From Desulfobulbus propionicus DSM 2032 (GTDB lineage Bacteria; Desulfobacterota; Desulfobulbia; Desulfobulbales; Desulfobulbaceae): 32,000 nucleotides of DNA. The notes under the pieces are model-generated. The model saw nothing but the letters and a program-made list of their open reading frames with translations. It searched no databases and was not told where the DNA came from. Shown here piece after piece: positions 1-9,400 of the stretch. Every line of letters starts with the position of its first letter. The stretch's first letter is position 1. Where the stretch lies: positions 510,001 through 542,000 of the forward strand of contig NC_014972.1 in the NCBI RefSeq assembly GCF_000186885.1. The letters are read 5' to 3'. The translations under genes were made by a program, and so were the position numbers.

Positions 1-109
1 ACTGATCGGTGTTGTCCGCCTGATCGACCTGTTCCGGACCCTGGCCTCCAGCTGCTCGCTGTAAGACTGCTCCAGAGACACCCTTATCGACAACAAAGGA
101 ATCACACCC

Positions 110-1597
110 ATGTCTGCAACCGTACAAGAACTTCCTGACACCAAAACGCCCTTTGACTGGAAGCGCGTGGTCTTCATCCTTGGCGGCCTCGCCCTCTTTG
201 CCCTGATCTATTATTCGCCGGCCTGGCCGGACGCCGTCGATCCCAAAGGCGAACATTTTGCCCTGTCCAAGGAGGCCAAGGGCGCGCTGGCGGTGTTTGC
301 CGTGGCCGCCACCTGGTGGATCTTCGAGGTGGTGCCGATCGGCGTCACCAGTTTGTTGATTGGAACCCTCCAAGCCTTGTTCCTCATCCGCAAACCGGTG
401 GTGGCCTTCAAGGACTTCATGGACCCGTCGGTGCTTTTTATCTTCGGCTCGGTGGTCATCGGCATGGTGTTCACCAAGACCGGGCTGACCCGGCGAATCG
501 CCTACAAGATGCTCTCCATCATCGGCGAGAAAACCTCGATGATCATGCTCGGCTGCTTCCTCATGACCGCCCTGCTGACCCACGTCATGGCCCATACCGC
601 GGTGGCCGCGACCATGTTTCCGCTGCTGATGGCCATCTATTCCCTCTACACCACCGAAACCAAGCCGACCAATTTCGGCAAGGCGATGTTCATCGGCATG
701 GCCTACGTGGCCGGCGCCGGTTCGATCATCACCCTCTTGGGCGCGGCCCGCGGCGCCGTGGCCCTGGCCTTTTACAAGGACATGATGCATGTGGACATCA
801 GTTTCGGCACCTTGAGCTACTACATGTTTCCCCTGGGCTGGCTGATGGTCTTCCTCCTGTGGGGATTCTTCATGATTTTCTGCAAGCCGGAGAAGGAGCG
901 CATTGTCGGTCTCAAGGAAAAGGCCAGCCGCATGTACCGGGAACTGGGCTCGATCACCCGCAACGAGATCCTGGCCGCGACCATCATTCTGCTGGCCGTG
1001 CTGATCATCGCCCTGAAGAGCTTTGTCCCTGCGCTCGACAAATTGGACAAGACCGGCATCCTGCTCTGCTCGACCATCGCCTTCTTTGTCTTCAATATCC
1101 TCAAGATCGACGACCTGGAAGACATCCCCTGGAACATCATCCTCCTGTTCGCCGGCGCCATGTCGATCGGCTTCTGCTTGTGGGAAACCGGCGCGGCCAA
1201 ATGGCTGGCGGTCAACTGGCTGGTCCTGTTCCAGCAGGCTCCGGCCGTGGTCTTCATCATGGGCATGGCCTTCTTTGTCCTCATCATGACCAACTTCATC
1301 ATGAACGTGGCGGCGATTGCCATCAGCCTGCCGGTGGCCTTGGTCATCGCCCCTTATCTGGGCGTGGCCGGCGAGGTCATCCTGTTCTCGGCCCTGGCCA
1401 CCGCCGGTATGCCTTTCCTGCTGCTGATCGGCGCGGCGCCCAACGCCATCGCCTACAACTCCAAGCAATTCACCACCGGCGAGTTCCTTAAGTTCGGTAT
1501 ACTCGCCAGCGTTCTGCTGATGGTGGTGCTGTGGGTCTTCGTCGCCTTTGTCTGGCCGATGATGGGCATGGAAGTCTTTGTTCCCAAGGTGCAATAG
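110..1597 (+). CDS. SLC13/DASS-family anion:sodium symporter (permease)
   Basis: 495-aa ORF with many TM segments; N-terminal 'WWIFEVVPIGVTSLLIG' and C-terminal 'LIGAAPNAIAY' resemble DASS/SLC13 permeases. Confidence 0.85.
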   Translation: MSATVQELPDTKTPFDWKRVVFILGGLALFALIYYSPAWPDAVDPKGEHFALSKEAKGALAVFAVAATWWIFEVVPIGVTSLLIGTLQALFLIRKPVVAFKDFMDPSVLFIFGSVVIGMVFTKTGLTRRIAYKMLSIIGEKTSMIMLGCFLMTALLTHVMAHTAVAATMFPLLMAIYSLYTTETKPTNFGKAMFIGMAYVAGAGSIITLLGAARGAVALAFYKDMMHVDISFGTLSYYMFPLGWLMVFLLWGFFMIFCKPEKERIVGLKEKASRMYRELGSITRNEILAATIILLAVLIIALKSFVPALDKLDKTGILLCSTIAFFVFNILKIDDLEDIPWNIILLFAGAMSIGFCLWETGAAKWLAVNWLVLFQQAPAVVFIMGMAFFVLIMTNFIMNVAAIAISLPVALVIAPYLGVAGEVILFSALATAGMPFLLLIGAAPNAIAYNSKQFTTGEFLKFGILASVLLMVVLWVFVAFVWPMMGMEVFVPKVQ

Positions 1598-1622
1598 CAT
1601 TCCGCATACAGACCCGCGCCCC

Positions 1623-1658
1623 GTTCCCTTGCCCGGATGATCGTCCGGGGAAGGGAAC
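1623..1658 (+). other. Stem-loop downstream of the DASS permease
   Basis: gttcccttgcccgg (1623-1636) / ccggggaagggaac (1645-1658): 14-nt arms, one mismatch, 8-nt loop, no T tract. Confidence 0.5.
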
Positions 1659-1721
1659 AGCGGGCGTACACCCTTTGTCATTTCTTTTTTCCCGAACGGA
1701 AAGGAGGCTCGCACATCCATT

Positions 1722-3008
1722 ATGTCAACCGCCCTGGTTTCCATCTTTGTCATGGCCTACGCGGCCATAGCCCTGGAGCACCCGCTCAAGGTCAACAAGT
1801 CGGCCTCGGCCCTGCTGGCCGCCGGCCTGCTCTGGACCATCTACGCCCTGGCCGGCGGCGACTTCCATGCGGCCGTGCACAATCTGCATGAATCGGTCGC
1901 CTCCACCGCCCAGATCGTCTTCTTTCTCATGGGCGCCATGACCATCGTCGAGGTGGTCGACGCCCACAATGGTTTTTACGTCATCACCAGCCGGATCAAA
2001 ACCAACAGTCTCAGCGCCCTCTTGTGGCTGGTCGGTTTTGTCACTTTCTTCCTCAGCTCGATTCTCGACAATCTGACCACCACCATCGTCATGATCTCGC
2101 TGATGAAGAAACTGCTCGACCGTCACGAGGACCGGCTGTTCTTTGCCGGCATCATTGTCATCGCCGCCAACGCCGGCGGCGCCTGGAGCCCGATTGGCGA
2201 CGTGACCACCACCATGCTGTGGATCGGCGGCCAGATCACCACCTTGGAGATCATGAAGGGCGTGCTCCTGCCCTCCTTGTCTTGTCTGGTCATCCCGCTG
2301 TTGATCACCAGTTGGGTCCTGCGCGGCCGCGAGGTGGTGGCCGCCTGCGCCATCGAGCGGCGGGCCGGCTACGAGACCACCCCCTTTGAGCAGAATTTCA
2401 TGTTCTGCATGGGCATGGGGACCTTGATCGCGGTGCCGATCTTCAAGAGCATCACCCATCTGCCGCCGTTCATGGGCATCCTTTTTGGCCTGGGCATCCT
2501 CTGGCTGGTCGGCGAGCTCCTCCACCGCGGCAAGGAGGACGATGAGTTCAAGGAACACCTCAGCCTGGTGGCCGCGCTCAAGCGCATCGACATGAGCTGC
2601 ATCGTCTTTTTCATCGGCATTCTCCTGGCGGTGGCCACCCTGGAGCATACCCACATCCTGGGCAATCTGGCCGCCTGGCTGACCCAGACCGTGGGCAACG
2701 AGGCAATCATCGTCACCCTGATCGGCCTGGCCTCCGCTGTGGTCGACAACGTGCCGCTGGTGGCCGCCTCCATGGGCATGTACGACATGGCCACTTATCC
2801 GACCGACAGTTTCCTGTGGGAGTTCATGGCCTACTGCGCCGGGACCGGCGGCTCCATCCTGATTATCGGTTCCGCCGCCGGCGTGGCCGCCATGGGCTTG
2901 GAGAAGATCCATTTCTTCTGGTATGCCCGCAAGATAGGCTTCCTGGCCGCGATTGGCTATTTCTCCGGCATTGTTGTTTATATTGCGCAGTACAAGCTTT
3001 TCCACTAA
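1722..3008 (+). CDS. nhaD: NhaD-type Na+/H+ antiporter (ArsB/NhaD superfamily)
   Basis: 428-aa polytopic ORF; 'SSILDNLTTTIVMISLMKKLL', 'NAGGAWSPIGDVTTTMLWI' and 'SAVVDNVPLVAA' are characteristic of NhaD. Confidence 0.88.
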   Translation: MSTALVSIFVMAYAAIALEHPLKVNKSASALLAAGLLWTIYALAGGDFHAAVHNLHESVASTAQIVFFLMGAMTIVEVVDAHNGFYVITSRIKTNSLSALLWLVGFVTFFLSSILDNLTTTIVMISLMKKLLDRHEDRLFFAGIIVIAANAGGAWSPIGDVTTTMLWIGGQITTLEIMKGVLLPSLSCLVIPLLITSWVLRGREVVAACAIERRAGYETTPFEQNFMFCMGMGTLIAVPIFKSITHLPPFMGILFGLGILWLVGELLHRGKEDDEFKEHLSLVAALKRIDMSCIVFFIGILLAVATLEHTHILGNLAAWLTQTVGNEAIIVTLIGLASAVVDNVPLVAASMGMYDMATYPTDSFLWEFMAYCAGTGGSILIIGSAAGVAAMGLEKIHFFWYARKIGFLAAIGYFSGIVVYIAQYKLFH

Positions 3009-3017
3009 ATACCCCAC

Positions 3018-3050
3018 CCCCTCTTCCCGGTTGCCTGCCGGGAAGAGGGG
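3018..3050 (+). other. Perfect stem-loop downstream of nhaD
   Basis: cccctcttcccgg (3018-3030) / ccgggaagagggg (3038-3050): perfect 13-bp stem, 7-nt loop, no T tract. Confidence 0.55.
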
Positions 3051-3266
3051 AGATGCGGTGCGCGGGCGGCGTGCTGCCACGCCACTCCGTGTCCACGACC
3101 CCTTTGCGGGGCCGGCCATTGTTTTGCTGCCCCCAACCACCACTTTCTTGCCACCGATGACCGACGAATTGTCCTCTTGCACGCCCCCCGAGAACAAACC
3201 CATGATTCCCCGCCAGAGCAGCGCGCCGATGACCGCCTTGTCCTCCGGTGTCACCAGGAGCAGGGC

Positions 3267-3611
3267 ATGAAGATTCTTATTACCGTGCAGGACAACAACG
3301 TCGCCCCCCGGTTCGACCAGGCCACCGAGGTGATCATCGCCGAACATGACGGCCAGAAGCTGATGGCCGAGCCGCGAACGATCATCCTGCCCCACAAGAG
3401 TGCCGATGAATTGAGCGACCTGATCATCAAGGAGGGGGTGCAGTGCGTGATCTGCGGCGGTATCGAGGAGACTTTTTACCGTTTCTTCAACTGGAAAAAG
3501 ATCACCGTGATCGACGGCGTCATCGGTTCCCATGGCGAGGCGATGCAGATGGCCTTTGTCGGCAGTCTGCGGCCGGGCCAGATCCTGCCCTCGGCGAAAA
3601 AAAGCACCTGA
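3267..3611 (+). CDS. NifX/NifB-type dinitrogenase iron-molybdenum cofactor family small protein
   Basis: ATG at 3267 gives MKILITVQDNNVAPRFDQATEVIIAE..., 114 aa, with the NifX/NifB C-terminal-like fold pattern including 'VAPRFD' and 'CVICGGI'. The ORF track start at 3177 is an upstream extension. Confidence 0.7.
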   Translation: MKILITVQDNNVAPRFDQATEVIIAEHDGQKLMAEPRTIILPHKSADELSDLIIKEGVQCVICGGIEETFYRFFNWKKITVIDGVIGSHGEAMQMAFVGSLRPGQILPSAKKST

Positions 3612-3732
3612 CACCATTCCGGCGCGTCAGGGCTGCCCATCCGCCGGAAAACCATCGGGGTTGAATCGAGCGCCGAATCGAGGTATGCAGGGATAGAGAA
3701 ACAACCGGAGACAACAGGAGAGGAGGGCACCC

Positions 3733-4050
3733 ATGAGAAAGATTGACCTGGATGGTACACGAGAATTCAATCCGCTGGGCATGAAGGCCATCGTGTTGCA
3801 CGATTCGGAATATTTCAAAATCCTCAACTTCAACCTCAAGGCCGGGGCCTTGTTTCCTATTCATTCCCACGATTTGGATGGCCAGCTGTCCATTCTGGTG
3901 ATCGAGGGAGAGGGACTGTTCCTGGCCGACAACGAGGTGACCATGCCCGCCAAGACCGGAGGCATGCTGATTGCCGAGATCCGCGAACCGCATGGGGTCA
4001 AGGCGACCACCGACATGCGTATCGTGGTGACCATCGCCCCGCCGATCTGA
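3733..4050 (+). CDS. Cupin domain protein
   Basis: 105-aa ORF with cupin motifs 'FPIHSHDLDGQLSILVIEGEGLF' and 'EPHGVKATTDMRIVVTIAP'; AGGAGAGGA ribosome binding site upstream. Confidence 0.75.
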   Translation: MRKIDLDGTREFNPLGMKAIVLHDSEYFKILNFNLKAGALFPIHSHDLDGQLSILVIEGEGLFLADNEVTMPAKTGGMLIAEIREPHGVKATTDMRIVVTIAPPI

Positions 4051-4122
4051 ACAAACAGGGTCGGCTCATCGGGCCGAACGCTTCCCCCCATCGTGCCCTG
4101 CAAACCGTTCAAGGAGACCTGC

Positions 4123-5856
4123 ATGAAAACCACATCGGTCATTGTCCTTTTGGTACTGGCCCTGCTGGCCGGTTGCTCCGCGCCGTCGTCGGAAAGCGGC
4201 AGGAACAAAGAGCAGCGTGCAACCGGCGACCTGGCGCAAGGCGAGCGGCACCCCCTGGTTGACGGCGAGGCCGCCAGTCAGCTTCAGCCGCCGCCGGCTC
4301 CGGCCGGTCCGATCGTGGGCGGCAGCGGCACGATGAAGACCACCGGCCTGGTCAAGCGCGCGGCCGTTTCCGAAGCCATGCCCATCGGCAAGCCGGCCTG
4401 GAATCGCGAATCCTACAATGCCATCCAGGAGAACGGCTTCATCAATGCCGCCCGCGACCCGCTCTCCACCTTCAGCATCGATGTCGATACCGCCAGCTAT
4501 ACCAATGTCCGCCGCTTCATTCAAGGGGGGCATCTGCCACCGGTGGGCGCGGTGCGCATCGAGGAGATGATCAACTATTTCACCTATGCGTATCCCCGGC
4601 CAATCGGCAAGGCCCCTTTTGCCCTCGGTGCCGAGGTCGGCCCCAGTCCCTTTCACCGGGACTATCTCCTGGCCCGCATCGGCCTCGCCGCCAAGGATCT
4701 GGCCAAGGAACACCTGCCACCGTCGAATCTGGTGTTCCTGATCGATGTCTCCGGTTCGATGCAGGATGGCAACAAGCTGCCGCTGTTGAAGCAGGCCCTG
4801 CCACTGGTGGTCCGGCAGCTGGGGGCGCGTGATCGGGTGGCCCTGGTGGTCTACGCCGGGGCCGACAGTGTGGTCCTGCCGCCCACCCCTGGCGACCGTC
4901 AGCAGGAGATCCTCGCCGCGCTCGACCAGCTCCAGGCCGGCGGTTCGACCCACGCCTCCAGCGGCATCCGCACCGCCTATGAACTGGCACGCAAGTCGTT
5001 CATCAAGGGCGGCAACAACCGGGTGATTCTCGCTTCCGACGGCGATTTCAACGTCGGCGTCACCAGCCGCGACGAACTCACCCGGCTGATCGAAGAGGAG
5101 CGCAAGGACGGCATCTATCTGACCGTGCTCGGTCTGGGCATGGGCAATTACCACGACGACACCATGGAGGTGCTGGCCGACAAGGGTAACGGCAACTACG
5201 CCTACATCGACAGCCTGCTGGAAGCCAAGAAGGTGCTGGTCAAGGAGATGAGCGGCACGTTGTTCGCGCTGGCGAACGATGTCAAGATCCAAGTGGAATT
5301 CAACCCGGCGCGGGTGGGGGCCTATCGGCTGATCGGCTACGAGAACCGGGCCTTGGCCGACGAGGATTTTCGCGACGATACCAAGGATGCCGGCGAGGTC
5401 GGCGTCGGCCATCGGGTGACCGCCCTTTACGAGCTGATCCCGGCCGGGCATGCATCGATTCCCCAGCTCGACCCGCTCAAGTACCAGCGCAATGCCGCCG
5501 CTCCTGCCCATTCCGGCGAGTGGATGACCGTCAAGCTGCGCTTCAAGCCCCAAGGCGAACCCCATTCCACCCAGATGCATCTGGCGGTGGGGGAAACGAC
5601 CACAAAACCGTCAACGGACTTTCGTTTCGCTTCGGCCGTGGCCGGGTACGGCATGCTGCTGACCCGTTCCGAGCATCTGGGCGAGTTCACCTGGCAGCGG
5701 TGTCTGGAATTGGCCCGTTCTGGTCGAGGTGCGGACGAGGAGGGCTATCGGGCCGAATTTTTCCGTTTGGTGGAGGCCAGCGAGTTGCTGGCCAAACAGC
5801 AGGCACCTGAGCTAGACGACAACAAGAAACCGCTGCCCCCGCCAACAATCAGGTAA
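4123..5856 (+). CDS. von Willebrand factor type A domain lipoprotein, YfbK-like
   Basis: Signal peptide with lipobox 'LALLAGC'; MIDAS-type 'VFLIDVSGSMQDGNKLPLL'; N-terminal 'NPLSTFSIDVDTASY'-type motif present as 'DPLSTFSIDVDTASYTNVRRFI'. Start moved from 4093 to 4123 (MKTTSVIVLL). Confidence 0.85.
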   Translation: MKTTSVIVLLVLALLAGCSAPSSESGRNKEQRATGDLAQGERHPLVDGEAASQLQPPPAPAGPIVGGSGTMKTTGLVKRAAVSEAMPIGKPAWNRESYNAIQENGFINAARDPLSTFSIDVDTASYTNVRRFIQGGHLPPVGAVRIEEMINYFTYAYPRPIGKAPFALGAEVGPSPFHRDYLLARIGLAAKDLAKEHLPPSNLVFLIDVSGSMQDGNKLPLLKQALPLVVRQLGARDRVALVVYAGADSVVLPPTPGDRQQEILAALDQLQAGGSTHASSGIRTAYELARKSFIKGGNNRVILASDGDFNVGVTSRDELTRLIEEERKDGIYLTVLGLGMGNYHDDTMEVLADKGNGNYAYIDSLLEAKKVLVKEMSGTLFALANDVKIQVEFNPARVGAYRLIGYENRALADEDFRDDTKDAGEVGVGHRVTALYELIPAGHASIPQLDPLKYQRNAAAPAHSGEWMTVKLRFKPQGEPHSTQMHLAVGETTTKPSTDFRFASAVAGYGMLLTRSEHLGEFTWQRCLELARSGRGADEEGYRAEFFRLVEASELLAKQQAPELDDNKKPLPPPTIR

Positions 5857-6331
5857 GCAGGGCGGCCCAATCGAGGGCGGGGAAGGTGCGGTGGAGCATG
5901 TGGTCATCATGTTCCAGCCACACGGTCAGATCGCTGAAGGTGGCCCGAGCCTGGGGCAGCACCAGGGCGGGTGGACAGACGTTGTCTTGGTCGCCCATGA
6001 CCAGCACGGCTGGCACGGTCAGCGGGGTGGAAGGCGGCCGGTAGTCGCCGAAATTGAGGGCCGGGGCCAGCAGCACCAGCCGTCGGCAACGCTCGGGATA
6101 GCGCTGGGCAAAACAGGCGGCCATCAGGCCGCCAAAGCTCGACCCCACCAGAATGAGCCGATCACGCCCGGCCAGCTGGGTTTCCAGTTGCGCCAGCCGT
6201 TGGCCCAGATCGCCTTGGTAGTCCTGCATGCCCACTTGGGGAAAATGGTCGCGGAACCACCGCGCCTTGGTTCCTTGGATGGACGAGTCGAGGCCGTGGA
6301 GGAAAAAAACGTTGGCAGCGTTCGCAGTCAT
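5849..6331 (-). CDS. Small alpha/beta hydrolase, YqiA/UPF0227-like
   Basis: 160 aa; 'VFFLHGLDSSIQGTKA', nucleophile elbow 'LVGSSFGG', 'VLVMGDQDNVCPP' and 'LEHDDHML'. Confidence 0.75.
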   Translation of the reverse strand: MTANAANVFFLHGLDSSIQGTKARWFRDHFPQVGMQDYQGDLGQRLAQLETQLAGRDRLILVGSSFGGLMAACFAQRYPERCRRLVLLAPALNFGDYRPPSTPLTVPAVLVMGDQDNVCPPALVLPQARATFSDLTVWLEHDDHMLHRTFPALDWAALLT

Positions 6332-6358
6332 AAATCGTGGGCAATGAACAGGTATTGA

Positions 6359-6385
6359 GCGTTCCCATGCTCTAGGTGGGAACGC
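6359..6385. repeat. Palindromic intergenic element (possible dispersed repeat copy)
   Basis: gcgttccca-tgctctagg-tgggaacgc: perfect 9-bp arms in the purL/hydrolase intergenic region. Confidence 0.45.
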
Positions 6386-6397
6386 GTAACTCTCAAC

Positions 6398-6433
6398 CCG
6401 CCCCGCGGAAGTACACCGCAGGGCGGTTTTTTT
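6398..6433 (+). terminator. Rho-independent terminator-like hairpin, plus-strand orientation
   Basis: ccgccccgcgg (6398-6408) / ccgcagggcgg (6416-6426), one mismatch, followed by TTTTTTT (6427-6433). Confidence 0.65.
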
Positions 6434-6439
6434 GTCTTT

Positions 6440-9400
6440 TTACTGCTTGCACCAGGCATAGGCGTTCTGGAACATCCGCAGCCAGGGACTGACCGGCAGG
6501 TTCTTCATTTCCTCGGGCAGCCAGTGGCACTGCCAGGGGAGGAAGGCCCGCTCCGGATGGGGCATCATCGCCAGATGGCGGCCATCGGGCGAACAGATGC
6601 CAGTGAGGCCGCCGGGCGAGCCGTTGGGGTTGAAGGGGTAGGTTTCGGTGGCCTGGCCCTGATCGTCGACAAAGACCACGGCGGCCATGCCCTCGTTCCA
6701 CACCTGCTGGCGGATGGCCTCGTCCGGGAAGTGCAGGTAGCCCTCGCCATGATCCACATGGATACCGAAGACCAGCTCCTCCATGCCTTGGAGCATGATG
6801 GCCTTGCTCGGCAGCACTTTGACCGTGGTCCAGCGCGATTCAAAGCGACCGCTCTGGTTATGGATGAAGCGGGGTTGTTTTTCCGCCTCGATGCCCTCCC
6901 ACGGCACCCAGCCCAGCAGCCCGAACAACTGGCAACCGTTGCAGATGCCGAGGGTGAAGGTGTCGGGCCGGTTGTAGAACTGGTGGAACTGGGCCTGGAG
7001 CCGCTCGTTGAAGCGGATGGTCGCGGCCCAGCCCTTGGCGCTCTCCGGCACGTCGGCGTAGGAAAAGCCGCCCACCGCCGCGATGCCGCGGAAATCGGCC
7101 AGATCGATCCGCCCGGCCAACAGGTCGGTCATGGTCACATCCCAGGGCTCGAAACCGGCGCTGTAGAAAGCGGAACTCATTTCCCGATCCGAGTTGGAGC
7201 CTTCATCGCGGAGGATGATCACCTTGGGCTTGTCCTTCTGCTGGAGAATGGCCGGAGCCGTGGCCTCGGGCGTGAAGCCGAGCCGGTATTCCGGCCCCTG
7301 ACGGTCAAAGATGGCGTAGCGTTCCTCCTCGGCGCAATCCGGGTTCATCTGCAGCCGCTCCAGTTGGTAGCTGGTTTCCTCCCACCACTGGCGCAGCACG
7401 GCCATGGAATCGTCGAGCACCAGATGACCATTGTATTGAACGGTGATTGCCTGCTTGACGGTGGTGGAACCCAGAACGGTGCACGGGACCTTGGCCTGCT
7501 CGAACCGCTCCTTGACTTGGGCCAGATGGTGCCAGTGGCATTCGATCACCAACCCCAGTTCCTCGGCAAACAGGGTTTCGAGCACGGTCGCCGAGCCATT
7601 GAGCGCCAGGTTGAGGCCGCAGTTGCCGCTAAAGGCCATTTCAAGCACAGTGGTGATCAGGCCGCCGTCGCTGCGGTCATGGCCGGCGAGGATCAACCCG
7701 TGGTCGAGCAGGTACTGGACCGCGCCAAAGGCCCGCTTGACCAAGGCCGGATCGTCCATGTCCGGAACCTCGTCGCCAATCTGGCCGCAGGTCTGGGCCA
7801 GGCCGCTACCGCCTAGCCGGTTCTTGCCGCCCGAAAGATCGATGAACAAGAGCACCGAGCCCGGTTCCTTGATGTCCGGGGTGACCTTGTTGCGGATGTC
7901 GTTCATGGCGGCGTAGAGCGAAATAACCAGTTCGCGCGGCGACTTAACCACTTCTTCGCCGACCTTGGCGGCCATGCTCAGGCTGTCCTTGCCGCCGTCC
8001 ACCGCGATGCCCACGGCGATCATCGCCGCTGCCATGGCCTCGGCCGCGTCGCGCAGGGCCGCGCCTTCGCCGGCCAGTTTCGGTGCCCACATCCAGTTGG
8101 CCGAGCATTTGACTTGTTCCAGATCCCTGATCCGCGCCCACACCAGGTTGGTCAGGGCCTCGCCCACTGCCATCCGTGCACCGGCGGCCGGGTCGACCAG
8201 CATCTTGATCGGCTGCTCGCCGATGGCCGTGGCAATGCCGCTGACCCCGAAATGACTCTGGGCCACCACCGCCACGTCGGCCACGGTCAGCTGCAGCGGA
8301 CCGCAGCACTGCTGCTGGGCGATCAGGCCGGTGACCGCCCGGTCGACCTTGTTGGTGAGGAACCGTTTGGAGCCGACCGACACCAGTCGCAGCACTCGGT
8401 TCAGCGCCTCGCGCACGTCCAGCTTCTTGGGCGGGACAAAGGCGGACAGGGCGGGAACCGTCCGGTTGTCGGTGAAGGTTTTCTGCGGAATCTTGCCAAG
8501 CAGCTCGGGGATCTCGATGTTCACCGGCGTGGTGTTGTCCTGATTGTCATGGACAACGAAGCGCAGGTCGCCGGTAACCTCGCCGAGCACCTCGCAGGCC
8601 ACCTTTTCCCGCGCGCAGATCGCCTGGAATCGCTCGATGTTCTCCGGGCTGATCAAGAGGCCGACCCGTTCCTGGTATTCGGCCACATAGATCTCCAGCA
8701 CCGACATGGTCGGGTCGCCGACGCGGATGTTGCGGATCTCCACTCGGCCGCCGGCGTGCTCGACCAGTTCCTTGAGCACATTGGCCGGGCCGCCGGCGCC
8801 CTGGTCGTGGATGACGTCGATCAGGCTCAGGTCGCCCATCTCGTTGCAGGCGCGGATCACCCGGTTCATCTTTTGCTCCATCTCGGCGTCGCCGCGCTGC
8901 ACCGCATTGAAATCGAGTTTGGCTTCGTTCTCGCCCTGCATCATCGACGAGGCCGCGCCGCCGCCGAAGCCGACCCGGTAAGCCGGGCCGCCCACCTGGA
9001 CGATGAGCATGCCCTTGAGCGGCTGCTTCTTCTCGGTATGGCGGTCGTCGATCTGGCCGATGCCGCCGGTGAACATGATCGGCTTGAGAAAGCCCCAACG
9101 CTCGCCGGTCGAAAGCCGCAGGTCGAAGCTGCGGGTGAAGCCCTGAATCAGCGGCTCGCCGAACTTGTTGCCGTAGTCCGAGGCGCCGTTGCTGGCCTCG
9201 ATCTCGATCTCCAGGGCGGACGCCAGGGTGTCCGGACAGGCGTAGGCGTTCTCCCATTCCAGCTCATAGTCGGGGATATGCAGGTTGGCCACGCAGTAGC
9301 CGGCGGTGCCGGCCATGACCAGACCACCGCGGCCGGTGCCCTGGACGTCGCGGATGCGGCCGCCGGTGCCGGTTTCAGCGCCGGGGAAGGGGGCGACGCC

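Noticed and set aside
1725-3617. 630-aa minus-strand ORF antisense to nhaD
   Set aside because: Shadow ORF in GC-rich DNA. The translation is low-complexity (G/H/D/Q/E-rich), and the plus strand encodes a clear antiporter.
4066-5580. 504-aa minus-strand ORF antisense to the vWA lipoprotein gene
   Set aside because: Shadow ORF; the plus strand has a signal peptide, lipobox and vWA motifs.
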